Shown here: positions 52,226 through 61,513 of the stretch, in pieces
Numbering within the stretch: position 1 is the stretch's first letter
Layout: each line of letters starts with the position of its first letter
NCBI GenBank assembly: GCA_963840035.1
Contig: CAWIXE010000002.1
Location: forward strand, 960,001-1,024,000
Length of the DNA stretch: 64,000 nt
DNA from: a candidate division FCPU426 bacterium
Lineage (GTDB): Bacteria; Oederibacteriota; PGYV01; Palsa-1178
Reading direction: 5' to 3'
The notes under the pieces: generated by a model
What the model saw: the letters and a program-made list of their open reading frames with translations, nothing else
Databases searched by the model: none
Told to the model about the DNA's origin: nothing
Made by a program: the position numbers and the translations under genes

Positions 52226-52708
52226 TTACAGCTCTCCAATCTTTTTTACGGATTCGCTGAAATTGCCATTTTTTAAGAGTTCTTTTATTGTTAATTTAAG
52301 GGCCGGATGAACGAAATCCGCCGCTATTTCCGATAAAGGCTCAAGCACAAACCTTCTTGCCGCTATTTCAGGATGCGGAATTTTAAGTTTTTCGCTGTCT
52401 ATAATTATATTCTTATAAAACAATATGTCAATATCTATAATACGCTGGCCCCACCTGTCCGACCTGACCCTTCCCATGTCTTTTTCAATCTTTTTGGCGG
52501 TTTCCAGCAGTTTTTCAGGGTCAAGCTGGGTTTCCACCTGCAGGCAGATATTGTTGTAATCAGGCTGGCTTTTGACGCCTACCGGCTCAGATTCATATAA
52601 ACCTGTCTTTTTTATTATGGTAACGCCATTCTTTTCAAGAAGATGAATAGCGGTACGCAGGTTGTCCGCCCTGCTGCCAATGTTGGTCCCGAGACAAAGG
52701 TATATCAT
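52226..52708 (-). CDS. folK: 6-hydroxymethyl-7,8-dihydropterin pyrophosphokinase
   Basis: LGTNIG, R..RWG.R.IDIDIL, IPHP..RRFVLEPL. Confidence 0.95.
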   Translation of the reverse strand: MIYLCLGTNIGSRADNLRTAIHLLEKNGVTIIKKTGLYESEPVGVKSQPDYNNICLQVETQLDPEKLLETAKKIEKDMGRVRSDRWGQRIIDIDILFYKNIIIDSEKLKIPHPEIAARRFVLEPLSEIAADFVHPALKLTIKELLKNGNFSESVKKIGEL

Positions 52709-53868
52709 TACTTCTTCAGACCCACCTTTTTAAGCCTGTCTATGGCTTTCTGTATCTTATCCTCTTCCACTGTCAGCGCGATACGGAAATACCTGTCGCC
52801 CGAGAGGCCGAATCCGATGCCGGGCGTGATTACCATATCAGCTTCCTCAAGCACCTTTGTGCAGAATTCCATGGATGTGAAGCCTTCCGGCACTTTTACC
52901 CAAAGATATAGCGTGCCTTTTGATTCAAGGACATCATAACCGAGCGTCTTTAAACCGGCTGTAAAAGCGGCTGCCCTGTTGCGGTAAAGCCCGCGTATCT
53001 TAGCCGCTTCATCATCACAGTTTGCAAGCGTCCACGCGGCTGTTTCCTGTATGGCCGTAAATGTCCCCGAGTCCATGTTTTCCTTTACCTTGCCAAGCCC
53101 GTCTATGATCTTTTCCGCGCCCACGGCAAAGCCTATCCTCCATCCCGTCATGTTGTATGTTTTTGACATGGAGTAAAACTCGATTACGTGGTCCTTTGCC
53201 CCCTGTATCTGCAGCATGGAAATGGGCGGCGCCCCGAAATAAATTTCCGAATAGGGCGCGTCCTGGGCGATTATGAAATCGTACTTTTCCGCGTAAGAGA
53301 GCGCTTCCTCATAAAACTGATAATCAGCCATGGCTGATGTCGGGTTATTCGGATAGTTTAACCACATTATTTTTGTCTTTTTAAAGACATCTTCCGGTAT
53401 CAGGCTGAAATCAGGGAGAAAATTATTTTCCGCGATGAGCGGCATGACATGCGTCTTTCCTCCGGATAAAAGCGTGCCGGAAGTATAACCGGGATATCCG
53501 GGATCGGGCACAAGCACTATGTCGCCCGGATTAATGAACGCAAGCGGCAGGTGCGTGATACCGTCCTTTGCCCCTATCAGGCAGGCAACTTCCTTATCAG
53601 TGATGGCGACATCAAACCGCTTGTCCATCCAGTCAACAACAGCCTGCTTAAACTGCTTGCTTCCGCGGCCGATAGGATACTGGTGGTTCGACGCCTTTTG
53701 CACAGACTCTTTGAAGTTGTCAATGATGGCCTGCGGAGTCGGCCTGTCCGGGTCGCCTATGCCAAGGTCCAATATGTCCCTGCCCGCCTCTCGCGCGGCT
53801 TTTTTCTTCTTATCCAGTTCAACAAAGACATAGGGCGGTAAAGACTTTAGATTGTTTGAAAATTCCAT
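52708..53868 (-). CDS. dapL: LL-diaminopimelate aminotransferase
   Basis: Class I aminotransferase: LPPYVF, GIGDPD.PTP, YPNNPT, SKTYNMTGWRIG, KENMDSG; sits in the dap cluster. Confidence 0.85.
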   Translation of the reverse strand: MEFSNNLKSLPPYVFVELDKKKKAAREAGRDILDLGIGDPDRPTPQAIIDNFKESVQKASNHQYPIGRGSKQFKQAVVDWMDKRFDVAITDKEVACLIGAKDGITHLPLAFINPGDIVLVPDPGYPGYTSGTLLSGGKTHVMPLIAENNFLPDFSLIPEDVFKKTKIMWLNYPNNPTSAMADYQFYEEALSYAEKYDFIIAQDAPYSEIYFGAPPISMLQIQGAKDHVIEFYSMSKTYNMTGWRIGFAVGAEKIIDGLGKVKENMDSGTFTAIQETAAWTLANCDDEAAKIRGLYRNRAAAFTAGLKTLGYDVLESKGTLYLWVKVPEGFTSMEFCTKVLEEADMVITPGIGFGLSGDRYFRIALTVEEDKIQKAIDRLKKVGLKK

Positions 53869-53883
53869 AACGTTCTCCTTCTT

Positions 53884-53950
53884 GGTAACCGCAACCTTTA
53901 GGCCGCGATACCGGGTATATTTTGTCCGCAGGCTGAAGCCTGCGACTACC
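53884..53950. repeat. Degenerate family C REPIN
   Basis: ggtaaccgcaacctttaggccgcg ... cgcaggctgaagcctgcgactacc. Confidence 0.7.
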
Positions 53951-53966
53951 GGAATTTAATGTATAA

Positions 53967-54728
53967 CTAGCGTACGTAGTTAATAAGTCGTCCTATTTCG
54001 CCTATTTCAACTTCCACTTTATCCCCGCGTTTCATGGGGCCAATCCCCGCTGGGGTTCCGGTGCTTATCACGTCTCCCCTGTTTAAGGTCATAACTTGCG
54101 ATACAAAGCTCACTATTTTTCTCATTTTAAATATAAATTTCGACGTGTTCGAATCCTGCTTCAATTCTCCGTTTAAGTAAAGTTTTATATCCTGTTTGTC
54201 AGGATTTATATCTTTAACTATGTAAGGCCCGATCGGGGCGAATGTGTCGAACGACTTTGCCCTTGTCCACTGTCCGTCCACGCTCTGAAGGTCACGCGCG
54301 GTAATGTCGTTAAAGCACGTATACCCCAGGACGTTCATGTCCACCATGTCCTCGGAGATGTTTTTGCATGTGTTCTTGATTATTACCGCAAGCTCCGCCT
54401 CAAAATCCACGCGCGACGACATTTCCGGGTATATTATCTCGTCCATGTGGCCTATTAATGACGACGGCGGTTTCAAAAATATTACCGGTTCCTTTGGCTT
54501 GTCAGCTTTCATTTCCTTCGCGTGGTCGGAATAATTAAGCCCCACGCAAATAATCTTTGAAGGTTCGCATGGCGGCAGTATGCGCACCCTGCCGAACTCA
54601 ATGACATTGGGCATGACCTTATACTGCGTATATATGTCGCCTTCTATATCGGTAATGTTCTTGTTATTATTAACTATACCCCACTGCGCCGGACTGCCTT
54701 CTATCGAATAACGCACGAACTTAAGCAT
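53967..54728 (-). CDS. Fumarylacetoacetate hydrolase family protein
   Basis: KIICVGLNY..H, FEAEL, NDITARDLQ, AKSFDTF.PIGP, TGTPAG. Confidence 0.93.
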   Translation of the reverse strand: MLKFVRYSIEGSPAQWGIVNNNKNITDIEGDIYTQYKVMPNVIEFGRVRILPPCEPSKIICVGLNYSDHAKEMKADKPKEPVIFLKPPSSLIGHMDEIIYPEMSSRVDFEAELAVIIKNTCKNISEDMVDMNVLGYTCFNDITARDLQSVDGQWTRAKSFDTFAPIGPYIVKDINPDKQDIKLYLNGELKQDSNTSKFIFKMRKIVSFVSQVMTLNRGDVISTGTPAGIGPMKRGDKVEVEIGEIGRLINYVR

Positions 54729-54746
54729 GAAGACTCCTCAATGATC

Positions 54747-54864
54747 GGGAATGGGGAATTGGGAATGGGGAATGGCAGACATAACATCCAGCCACAAACC
54801 CAAAAACCAAATCCTTACGCCCTTTATTATTGCCATTCCCTATTGCCCATTCCCTATTCCCCAC
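54747..54864. repeat. 7-bp-period inverted array (GGGAATG / CATTCCC) with a second heptamer run inside
   Basis: gggaatg gggaatt gggaatg gggaatg ... ccacaaa cccaaaa accaaat ... ccattcc ctattgc ccattcc ctattcc ccac; abuts the dapB stop. Confidence 0.9.
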
Positions 54865-55644
54865 TTACAGCCCCAACACATCCGCCATCGTATACATGCC
54901 CGGCTGTTTGCCGGCTACAAACTTCGCCGCCTTTAAAGCGCCCATTGCCAGTGTTTCCCTGGAAAAAGCCGTATGTGATATTTCAAGCTTATCGCCCATG
55001 GAACCGAATATGACTGTGTGCTCGCCGACTATGCCTCCGGCGCGTACCGCGAAGACTCCGATTTGATCCCTGTTTCTTTCATTATTCCTGCCGTCCCTGC
55101 CAAAGACCATGTTGGCTTTCGGGTCAAGCCCTTTTTCCCTGAGGATTACTTCCGCCGTTGTTAAAGCCGTGCCTGACGGCGCGTCTTTTTTCATCCTGTG
55201 ATGGGATTCCACTATGTCAATATCATAATCTTCTTTTAATGCCTTTGTAGCCTCTTTGAGCAGCTTCCACATGACATTAATGCCGACGGAATAGTTTGAG
55301 GACAGGACTATGGGTATTTTCTTGGACGCGGTCTCAATCTCAAATAATTCATTCGCGTCAAATCCCGTAGTGCCGATCACCATGGGTTTCTTCGCCTCTA
55401 CAAGCGCTTTTATGTGGTTAAGCGTGGCAACAGGCGTGGTAAAGTCTATAAAAACATCCGTGCCCGCTACGCCGGACTTCAGGTCATCGCTGATGGTAAA
55501 CCCGTTTATGTTTCCGCCGACAGCTTTGTTTCCTTTCGCCTCAAGCAGCATGGAAATACGGAAATCATCCGGCTGCTGCGCGGCTGAAGATATAAGAGCC
55601 TGCCCCATACGGCCGGCCGCCCCGGAAATGCCTACTTTTAACAT
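54865..55644 (-). CDS. dapB: 4-hydroxy-tetrahydrodipicolinate reductase
   Basis: GAAGRMG, IDFT, GTTG, ESHHRMKKDAPSGTA. Confidence 0.97.
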   Translation of the reverse strand: MLKVGISGAAGRMGQALISSAAQQPDDFRISMLLEAKGNKAVGGNINGFTISDDLKSGVAGTDVFIDFTTPVATLNHIKALVEAKKPMVIGTTGFDANELFEIETASKKIPIVLSSNYSVGINVMWKLLKEATKALKEDYDIDIVESHHRMKKDAPSGTALTTAEVILREKGLDPKANMVFGRDGRNNERNRDQIGVFAVRAGGIVGEHTVIFGSMGDKLEISHTAFSRETLAMGALKAAKFVAGKQPGMYTMADVLGL

Positions 55645-55661
55645 AAAATCCTCCTTGTTAG

Positions 55662-55731
55662 TTCAAAGCCCAGAGACCAAAGCTCAAGTAAAACCTGACT
55701 TGGGCTTTTTAACCTTGAGCTATGGGCTTGA
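55662..55731. repeat. 7-bp-period inverted array (CYCAAAG / CTTTGRG-like)
   Basis: ttcaaag cccagag accaaag ctcaag ... cttggg ... ccttgag ctatggg cttga; ends 1 bp from the dapA stop. Confidence 0.75.
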
Positions 55732-55732
55732 T

Positions 55733-56611
55733 TTATATCTTTATCCCGTAATCCTTCATAGCTTTCTTAATCTTCTCGAGGTTTTCTCCGTCCGGAACAG
55801 TCATCGGAAGCCTGATCTCGGTCTCTACTAATCCCATTAAGGCGGCGGCTGCTTTCACCGGGATCGGGTTTGTCTCTATGAACATCGCTTTTATCAGCGG
55901 GAACATTCTGTGGTGCATGGCCTGCGCTTTCTTAATGTCGCCTTTTTCAAAAGCCGTCACCATTTCTTTTACATCCTTCGGGATAATATTCGCGACAACC
56001 GATATAATACCCTTTCCGCCTATGGCCAGCAGCGGGAGCGTGAGCGCGTCATCGCCCGAGAGCACGTCAAAATCAGGGCCGCACTGTTCTATGACTTCGC
56101 TCATCTGAGCGAGGTCTCCGCTTGCTTCCTTGACGCCTTTTATATTCGGGCATTCCTTGGCAAGCCTGGCAAGCGTTGAAGTGGCGACATTAACCCCTGT
56201 CCTGCCCAGTATGTTATAAACTATGACAGGTATCTTTACGGACTGCGAAATAGCTTTAAAGTGTTCATATAAACCCTTTTGCGTGGGCTTGTTGTAGTAA
56301 GGGTTTACCACGAGGGCCGCGTCAGCGCCCGCCTTTTCCGCCGCCTGCGTGTATTCGATGGCTTCAGCCGTGGAATTCGACCCTGTTCCGGCCATGACCT
56401 TCATGCGCTTGTTCACAAGTTTTACTGTAAGCGCGATTAAGTGTTCATGTTCTTCAGGCGTTAAAGTCGGCGACTCGCCCGTTGTTCCCGCGGGCACAAT
56501 CCCGTCAGTGCCGGCGGCAGCGTGCATTTCAATGAGCCTCTTATAAGCTTCCTCGTCGAGCTTCCCGTTCTTAAACGGGGTTACGATTGCTACGTAGGAT
56601 CCGCTAAACAT
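55733..56611 (-). CDS. dapA: 4-hydroxy-tetrahydrodipicolinate synthase
   Basis: GTTGES, PYYNKPTQ.G, YN..GRT, GVKEASG, SGDD, ETNPIPVK. Confidence 0.98.
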   Translation of the reverse strand: MFSGSYVAIVTPFKNGKLDEEAYKRLIEMHAAAGTDGIVPAGTTGESPTLTPEEHEHLIALTVKLVNKRMKVMAGTGSNSTAEAIEYTQAAEKAGADAALVVNPYYNKPTQKGLYEHFKAISQSVKIPVIVYNILGRTGVNVATSTLARLAKECPNIKGVKEASGDLAQMSEVIEQCGPDFDVLSGDDALTLPLLAIGGKGIISVVANIIPKDVKEMVTAFEKGDIKKAQAMHHRMFPLIKAMFIETNPIPVKAAAALMGLVETEIRLPMTVPDGENLEKIKKAMKDYGIKI

Positions 56612-56625
56612 GATAGACCTCCAGA

Positions 56626-56654
56626 AATTTTCAATTTTATATTTTCAATTTTCT
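56626..56654. repeat. 7-bp-period array (AATTTTN)
   Basis: aattttc aatttta tattttc aattttc; next to the dapF stop. Confidence 0.75.
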
Positions 56655-56655
56655 A

Positions 56656-57468
56656 TTACCATTTTAATGCTTCAGGACCCGCCATGCCTTCGGCTACAAC
56701 CCTTGCGTTACCTTCAAGAAAAACATCATTAATTATGCCGCCGTTATCCTTGAAATATATCGTCAGTTTTCCGCCTTTGGCAAAGAGCGTTACCGGCGAT
56801 TTTGCCACGCCGTTTAAATACAGCGCGATGCCCGCGGCTGTCGCGCCTGTGCCGCACGCGTAAGTTTCAGCTTCCACTCCGCGCTCATACGTCCTTATGG
56901 CGAATGAATTCTTGCCTGTTTTCTGGACAAAATTTACGTTTGTGCCCTTAGGGCCGAACACCCTGTGAAACCTGAGCATCCTTCCCGTCTTTGCCACATC
57001 AACTTTTTTTATATCCTTAACCGGCACCACAAAATGCGGCACTCCGGTATTCATGAAAGCGCCTTCCACTCCGCCCGCTGTAACCGCTTTTTTTATGTCA
57101 AAAGGGTCTGTCATGCCAAGTTTCACTTCTCCGTTGGGCTTTACCTGGGCCGTATGCGGCCCGTCATTGGCCATGAACTTAACCGTCGTTCCGGAGTATC
57201 CCTTCAGGTAAGAGAACCTGGAAATGCACCTCGCGCCGTTTCCGCACATGTCAGCTTCTTTGCCGTTGTTGTTATAAAACTTCATGGTAAAATCAAATCC
57301 CTTTGAAGGCTTATTCAAAAGTATAAGCCCGTCAGCGCCTATGGAAAACCTGTTAGCGCAGAGCGCGGCTATTTCCTTAGCGGAAAGTTTTATCTTCCCC
57401 TTGTAATTGTCTATCACTATAAAATCATTCCCGTTGCCGGACATCTTGGTGAAGCGCAGTTCTTTCAT
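56656..57468 (-). CDS. dapF: Diaminopimelate epimerase
   Basis: KM.G.GNDF, MCGNGARC, GVPH, YERGVE.ET.ACGTG. Confidence 0.97.
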   Translation of the reverse strand: MKELRFTKMSGNGNDFIVIDNYKGKIKLSAKEIAALCANRFSIGADGLILLNKPSKGFDFTMKFYNNNGKEADMCGNGARCISRFSYLKGYSGTTVKFMANDGPHTAQVKPNGEVKLGMTDPFDIKKAVTAGGVEGAFMNTGVPHFVVPVKDIKKVDVAKTGRMLRFHRVFGPKGTNVNFVQKTGKNSFAIRTYERGVEAETYACGTGATAAGIALYLNGVAKSPVTLFAKGGKLTIYFKDNGGIINDVFLEGNARVVAEGMAGPEALKW

Positions 57469-57481
57469 GAATTACTCCTTT

Positions 57482-57565
57482 GATATTTGATATGCGATAT
57501 CGGATATTAGATATATATCCTTCTGCCTTCAACGTTTATATCTAATATCAAATATCCAATATCAC
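57482..57565. repeat. 7-bp-period inverted array (GATATNN / NNATATC)
   Basis: gatattt gatatgc gatatcg gatatta gatat ... atatcta atatcaa atatcca atatc. Confidence 0.9.
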
Positions 57566-57573
57566 ACATGCCC

Positions 57574-58815
57574 TTAAATCTCGTTTTCAACCAGCGTATC
57601 GTAAGTCTCGCGTTTCCTTATGAGTTTGTGCTCGCTTCCGTCCACCATCACCTCAGCCGCGCGCGGCCTTGAGTTGTAATTGGACGCCATTACCATGCCG
57701 TACGCGCCTGTGGAGCGCACGCACAGGAGCTCCCCGTTTTCTATCTCAGGCATGTGCCTGTCTTTGGCGAGGAAATCCCCGCTCTCGCATATCGGGCCCA
57801 CTATGTCGCATACCTGAAGCTTCGAGCCCTTCTTTACATTTACAGGCAGTATCTTGTGGTAAGAACCGTATAATGACGGCCTTATCAAGTCGTTCATGCC
57901 GGTATCGGTTATGATGAAGTTCTTCACGCGCCCTTTTTTATTGTAAGTCACCCTGGAAACAAGCACACCAGCGTTGCCGATGATGAATCTACCCGGCTCA
58001 AGAATCAGCTTTATATCCAGCCCTTCAAGGTACGGCTTTACAGCCTTGGCAAAGACATCGGCTGTCGCCGGTTTTTCCTCGTTGTAAATTATGCCGAGCC
58101 CGCCGCCGATATTAAGGTACTGTATCCGCACGCCTTCCTTACGCAGCTGCTTTACAAACTCGACTATCTTCGTCACCGCGCTTATGTACGGTATGGGCGT
58201 TGTTATCTGCGAGCCTATATGCATATCAACGCCGATCAGATTTATGTGCTTTAACTTCTTAGCGCTCTTATAAAGCCCCAGCGCCAGGTTTATGTCTATG
58301 CCGAACTTTGATTCCTTCTTGCCTGTATTCACGTAAGCGTGCGTTAAAGCGTCGACGTCAGGATTAATACGCACCGCGATATCAGCCTTCCTTTTCATGG
58401 ACTTGGCTATATCATTTATGGCCTTTAACTCCTCCTGCGACTCCACGTTAAACATAAGTATGCCTGACTTTAAGGCGTACTTTATCTCTTCCTCGGTCTT
58501 GCCGACACCCGCGTATACTATCTTCTTGGGGTCCACACCGGTCCTTAAAGCCCTGAAAAGCTCGCCGCCCGAGACTATATCAAACCCCGCGCCTTCCTTT
58601 TTCATTTCCTTAAGTATGGCGCCGTTTGAATTGGCCTTAACCGAGTAGCATATAAGGGTATCCATACCCGCAAAAGCGTCCTTAACCTTCCTGAAATGCT
58701 CTAAAAAGGTCCTCTTGCTGTAGACATAAAGCGGCGTGCCGTACTTCTCAGCCAGCACGTTAATATCCACATTTTCCGCGTATAAAGTGTTCTTTTTGTA
58801 GTTAAAATAGTCCAT
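57574..58815 (-). CDS. lysA: Diaminopimelate decarboxylase
   Basis: YSVKANSN, DIVSGGE, HIGSQI, EPGR, GPICESGD, NYNSRPR; GGAGG RBS before ATG 58815. Confidence 0.98.
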   Translation of the reverse strand: MDYFNYKKNTLYAENVDINVLAEKYGTPLYVYSKRTFLEHFRKVKDAFAGMDTLICYSVKANSNGAILKEMKKEGAGFDIVSGGELFRALRTGVDPKKIVYAGVGKTEEEIKYALKSGILMFNVESQEELKAINDIAKSMKRKADIAVRINPDVDALTHAYVNTGKKESKFGIDINLALGLYKSAKKLKHINLIGVDMHIGSQITTPIPYISAVTKIVEFVKQLRKEGVRIQYLNIGGGLGIIYNEEKPATADVFAKAVKPYLEGLDIKLILEPGRFIIGNAGVLVSRVTYNKKGRVKNFIITDTGMNDLIRPSLYGSYHKILPVNVKKGSKLQVCDIVGPICESGDFLAKDRHMPEIENGELLCVRSTGAYGMVMASNYNSRPRAAEVMVDGSEHKLIRKRETYDTLVENEI

Positions 58816-58853
58816 TTTAAGCCTCCGTAAATGCGTAAGTGTATAGTTTAAGA

Positions 58854-58882
58854 AATATAACATAATTGCGTTTTTTAGTCAA
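58854..58882 (-). promoter_or_regulatory. Sigma70-like promoter of the lysA-dap-pan run
   Basis: TTGACT-17bp-TATATT with extended TG. Confidence 0.65.
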
Positions 58883-58900
58883 TTTATAGATATAATGGCT

Positions 58901-58932
58901 GATTCGGGATTCTGGATTCTAAATTCTGGATT
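58901..58932. repeat. 7-bp-period array (GATTCTR)
   Basis: gattcgg gattctg gattcta aattctg gatt. Confidence 0.75.
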
Positions 58933-58983
58933 AAAACATCCCAAAACAATTTTACGCTTTATTTTAAAGCAATTTCCGGAAAA

Positions 58984-59178
58984 CGGCAGACGGGAAGCTG
59001 ATTTTTGAATAAGCTAAACGGGCACATAGTCATGCTTCACCTCCTGGTATATCCCAATCAAGCCGGCCCGCCAGACCAAAAACCAACCGTCAATTATATC
59101 GCCTCAGCATCTCACATTATCACTGCAGCCTCCAGCACACCCCGTCAGCTAATTCAAAAATCAGCTTCCCGCCTGCCG
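58984..59178. mobile_element. MITE-like element or long hairpin with about 38-bp imperfect terminal inverted repeats
   Basis: cggcagacgggaagctgatttttgaataagctaaacggg ... cccgtcagctaattcaaaaatcagcttcccgcctgccg; no clear target-site duplication. Confidence 0.5.
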
Positions 59179-59197
59179 CTTCTACGTGGTCTGTCTT

Positions 59198-59230
59198 AAA
59201 AAAAAAAAGCCCGGCTTTCGCCGGGCTTTT
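59198..59230 (-). terminator. Intrinsic terminator of the SPFH gene
   Basis: gcccggc-tttc-gccgggc stem followed by a long U-tract on the minus strand. Confidence 0.9.
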
Positions 59231-59247
59231 AAATTTCAGGATTTGTT

Positions 59248-60123
59248 TTACTGCTGACCCGCCTCGACTTCGTTTATCTGCTTGAGGTCAATTATCATCC
59301 CGCTTCCATTGCCCGACATGATTTTCGGAAGTTTCCCGTCCCATTTGTCTATCCACATTTTTTTAAGCATTATCCCTGAAAGGGTTGTTTTCTGCATTCT
59401 CTGCGCTTCAGCATCGCCGCGCGCCTGGTTGATTTTCGCCTGAGCTTCAGCCTCAGCCTGCTTTGCCACATAAATGGCTTTCTTTGCGTTTTGCTCAGCC
59501 ACCTGTTTTTCCTCGATAGCCCTGTTAAATTCGTCGCCGAAAGTGAAATTCACAAGGCTCACATCAATTACAATTATCCCGTACTTTTCCATCCTGAGCT
59601 TAAAATTATTGTCTATTTCCAGTTTTAAGGATTCCCTTTCGGTTAATATGGACTCCGCGTTCTTTTTAGCCGTTGCCGCCTTTACCACTTCATTGACAGC
59701 CGGGTTCATGATATCGCCGAGCACGTCATTCTCGTCGCCGATGGTCTGGTAAATTTTGTTAACCTGCGCCGGGTCCAGCTTCCAGTTGATCGCAACCCTT
59801 GTATGGACGTTCTGCATGTCCTTTGTCGCCGCCTGAGCGTCAACTTCGGACTTTTGTATCTGTACCGTCATTTTCTTTACAGCCGTAAATATGGGGACCC
59901 TCCAGTGAAAGCCTTCATCATAAACCTTACTCATATCCACCTTACCGAGGTTAACTATAACACCCCTCTCGCCCGGCCCGATAATGACAAACGGGACAAG
60001 CAGGAAAAACACTACTACAACTACAACTCCAGCAATAAGAAACTTTACAACATTGTTTGTTTCCGGCATGTTAAACACCCCTTCTTTATTTTTGGTTAAT
60101 GGAATTTCGACTTTCCGCGCCAT
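59248..60123 (-). CDS. Prohibitin/SPFH (band 7) family protein
   Basis: One TM helix, GERGV, EGFH..P, TKDMQ.V, F..AIE.KQVAEQ, KWDGKLP; alternative start at 60070. Confidence 0.93.
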   Translation of the reverse strand: MARKVEIPLTKNKEGVFNMPETNNVVKFLIAGVVVVVVFFLLVPFVIIGPGERGVIVNLGKVDMSKVYDEGFHWRVPIFTAVKKMTVQIQKSEVDAQAATKDMQNVHTRVAINWKLDPAQVNKIYQTIGDENDVLGDIMNPAVNEVVKAATAKKNAESILTERESLKLEIDNNFKLRMEKYGIIVIDVSLVNFTFGDEFNRAIEEKQVAEQNAKKAIYVAKQAEAEAQAKINQARGDAEAQRMQKTTLSGIMLKKMWIDKWDGKLPKIMSGNGSGMIIDLKQINEVEAGQQ

Positions 60124-60194
60124 TACATTCCCTCCGTCTGAATAAAATCATATTTAAATCTTATCATGTACCGGCCAATAATCAATAATAAACA

Positions 60195-60965
60195 TTATTT
60201 TTTCACCGCCGTTATCATCCAATCCCAAGGAAAAGGCTCTTTCATCCATTTCGGCGGGGATTCAAACTCCGTATCCCAGCCATATTCCACCTTTTCAAAT
60301 TCAAGGCCGGTAAATCCGTATTTCGGGAGCATCACTTCAAGCTCCTCCTTCAGATAATGTTTTGTTGTGACGTTATCAATGTTTATCAGGCCATGGCAGA
60401 CAGAACCTTTTCTTTTATGCGTCGATCTTAATCCGTCTTCTATGGCTTGTTTACGGCTCACGCCGGTGTTTAAGTTCCATTCAAAGAGCCTGCAATTGAC
60501 ATAAAGCGACGACTCATGCGAAGGCACAACAAAAACCATACATCCGCCTTTTGCCACGCAGGCGCTGATGTTTTTTAGTATTTTATCCCGTATAACCTGC
60601 GATTCCGCAATAAGCACATTTGTACATATCCCGAACTTTACAGGCCTATTTAACGGCTTCTTTTTAGCCAGGTCTGCCTGTGAAAAATCCACATTTTTAT
60701 ATTTAGCGTACTTCTTTATCGCCTTGTCCACCAGCTGTCGCGAAAGGTCCATGGCGTATACATGTTTAAAAGAGGCAGCCAGCAGCGGAATATAAAGCCC
60801 GATACCGCAGCCAAAATCAGCGGCAGCGACACTCTTTGACGCAAATTTGTTTATGCGTTTCCTTATAACCCCGCGCATGTCGCTGTCGAGTGAGCTGAAT
60901 ATTTCTTCCTCATAGCTCTTGGCAAGCTTATCCCAGTATTTTTTATCCACTTCCGCCCCTTTCAT
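60195..60965 (-). CDS. Class I SAM-dependent methyltransferase
   Basis: DFGCGIG, AMDLS motifs. Confidence 0.88.
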   Translation of the reverse strand: MKGAEVDKKYWDKLAKSYEEEIFSSLDSDMRGVIRKRINKFASKSVAAADFGCGIGLYIPLLAASFKHVYAMDLSRQLVDKAIKKYAKYKNVDFSQADLAKKKPLNRPVKFGICTNVLIAESQVIRDKILKNISACVAKGGCMVFVVPSHESSLYVNCRLFEWNLNTGVSRKQAIEDGLRSTHKRKGSVCHGLINIDNVTTKHYLKEELEVMLPKYGFTGLEFEKVEYGWDTEFESPPKWMKEPFPWDWMITAVKK

Positions 60966-61120
60966 ATTTATTTTATGGTTTTATTATACCATTGTCAAAT
61001 ATACTTGTCTAAAACATTAATGTATAGCCGGGGTTTTATTTTCATGTTGAAAAACCGGGCAGATACTATATAATTAGAGTATATTATAAACGCTGTCAAA
61101 CATACTACCCCGAGGTGCTT

Positions 61121-61510
61121 ATGCCGGCAATTGACGACCCTGTTTCAAAGGTTAAGCTGGGATTCACCAGCGTCAATGGCAAAAGACTTTTCCGCGCCGA
61201 ACTTAACGATTACAAGGGAGAGAATTTTGACGAGCTGCTAGTTAGGGGCGGCAAATTCATAAGGAATGAACCTCCCGGTTCAGTGCTTTGTCTTTGTGTC
61301 TTTAACGACCATACGCCAATGGTCACCAATAAAAACGACATTTCCGAATATTTGAAGGCCAATAAACCCTACATAAAAGCCTCCGCAGCCTGCGGCTTTA
61401 ACAAATTCTTCACACCTATTTACAACGCTATCTTTTCCATATCCGGCAGGCAGGATATCAGGGTTTTCAGCAGTGAAAAAGAAGCCACCGACTGGCTCTT
61501 ATCACGGTAA
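61121..61510 (+). CDS. Hypothetical protein, STAS/SEC14 (SpoIIAA-like) fold suspected
   Basis: GAGGTG RBS; KPYIKASA..G and F.SEKEA.DWL C-terminal motif. Confidence 0.6.
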   Translation: MPAIDDPVSKVKLGFTSVNGKRLFRAELNDYKGENFDELLVRGGKFIRNEPPGSVLCLCVFNDHTPMVTNKNDISEYLKANKPYIKASAACGFNKFFTPIYNAIFSISGRQDIRVFSSEKEATDWLLSR

Positions 61511-61513
61511 AAT

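Noticed and set aside
58883..59197. Lysine riboswitch or leader peptide upstream of lysA
   Set aside because: No L-box consensus recognised; a good promoter lies only about 40 bp before lysA, downstream of this region
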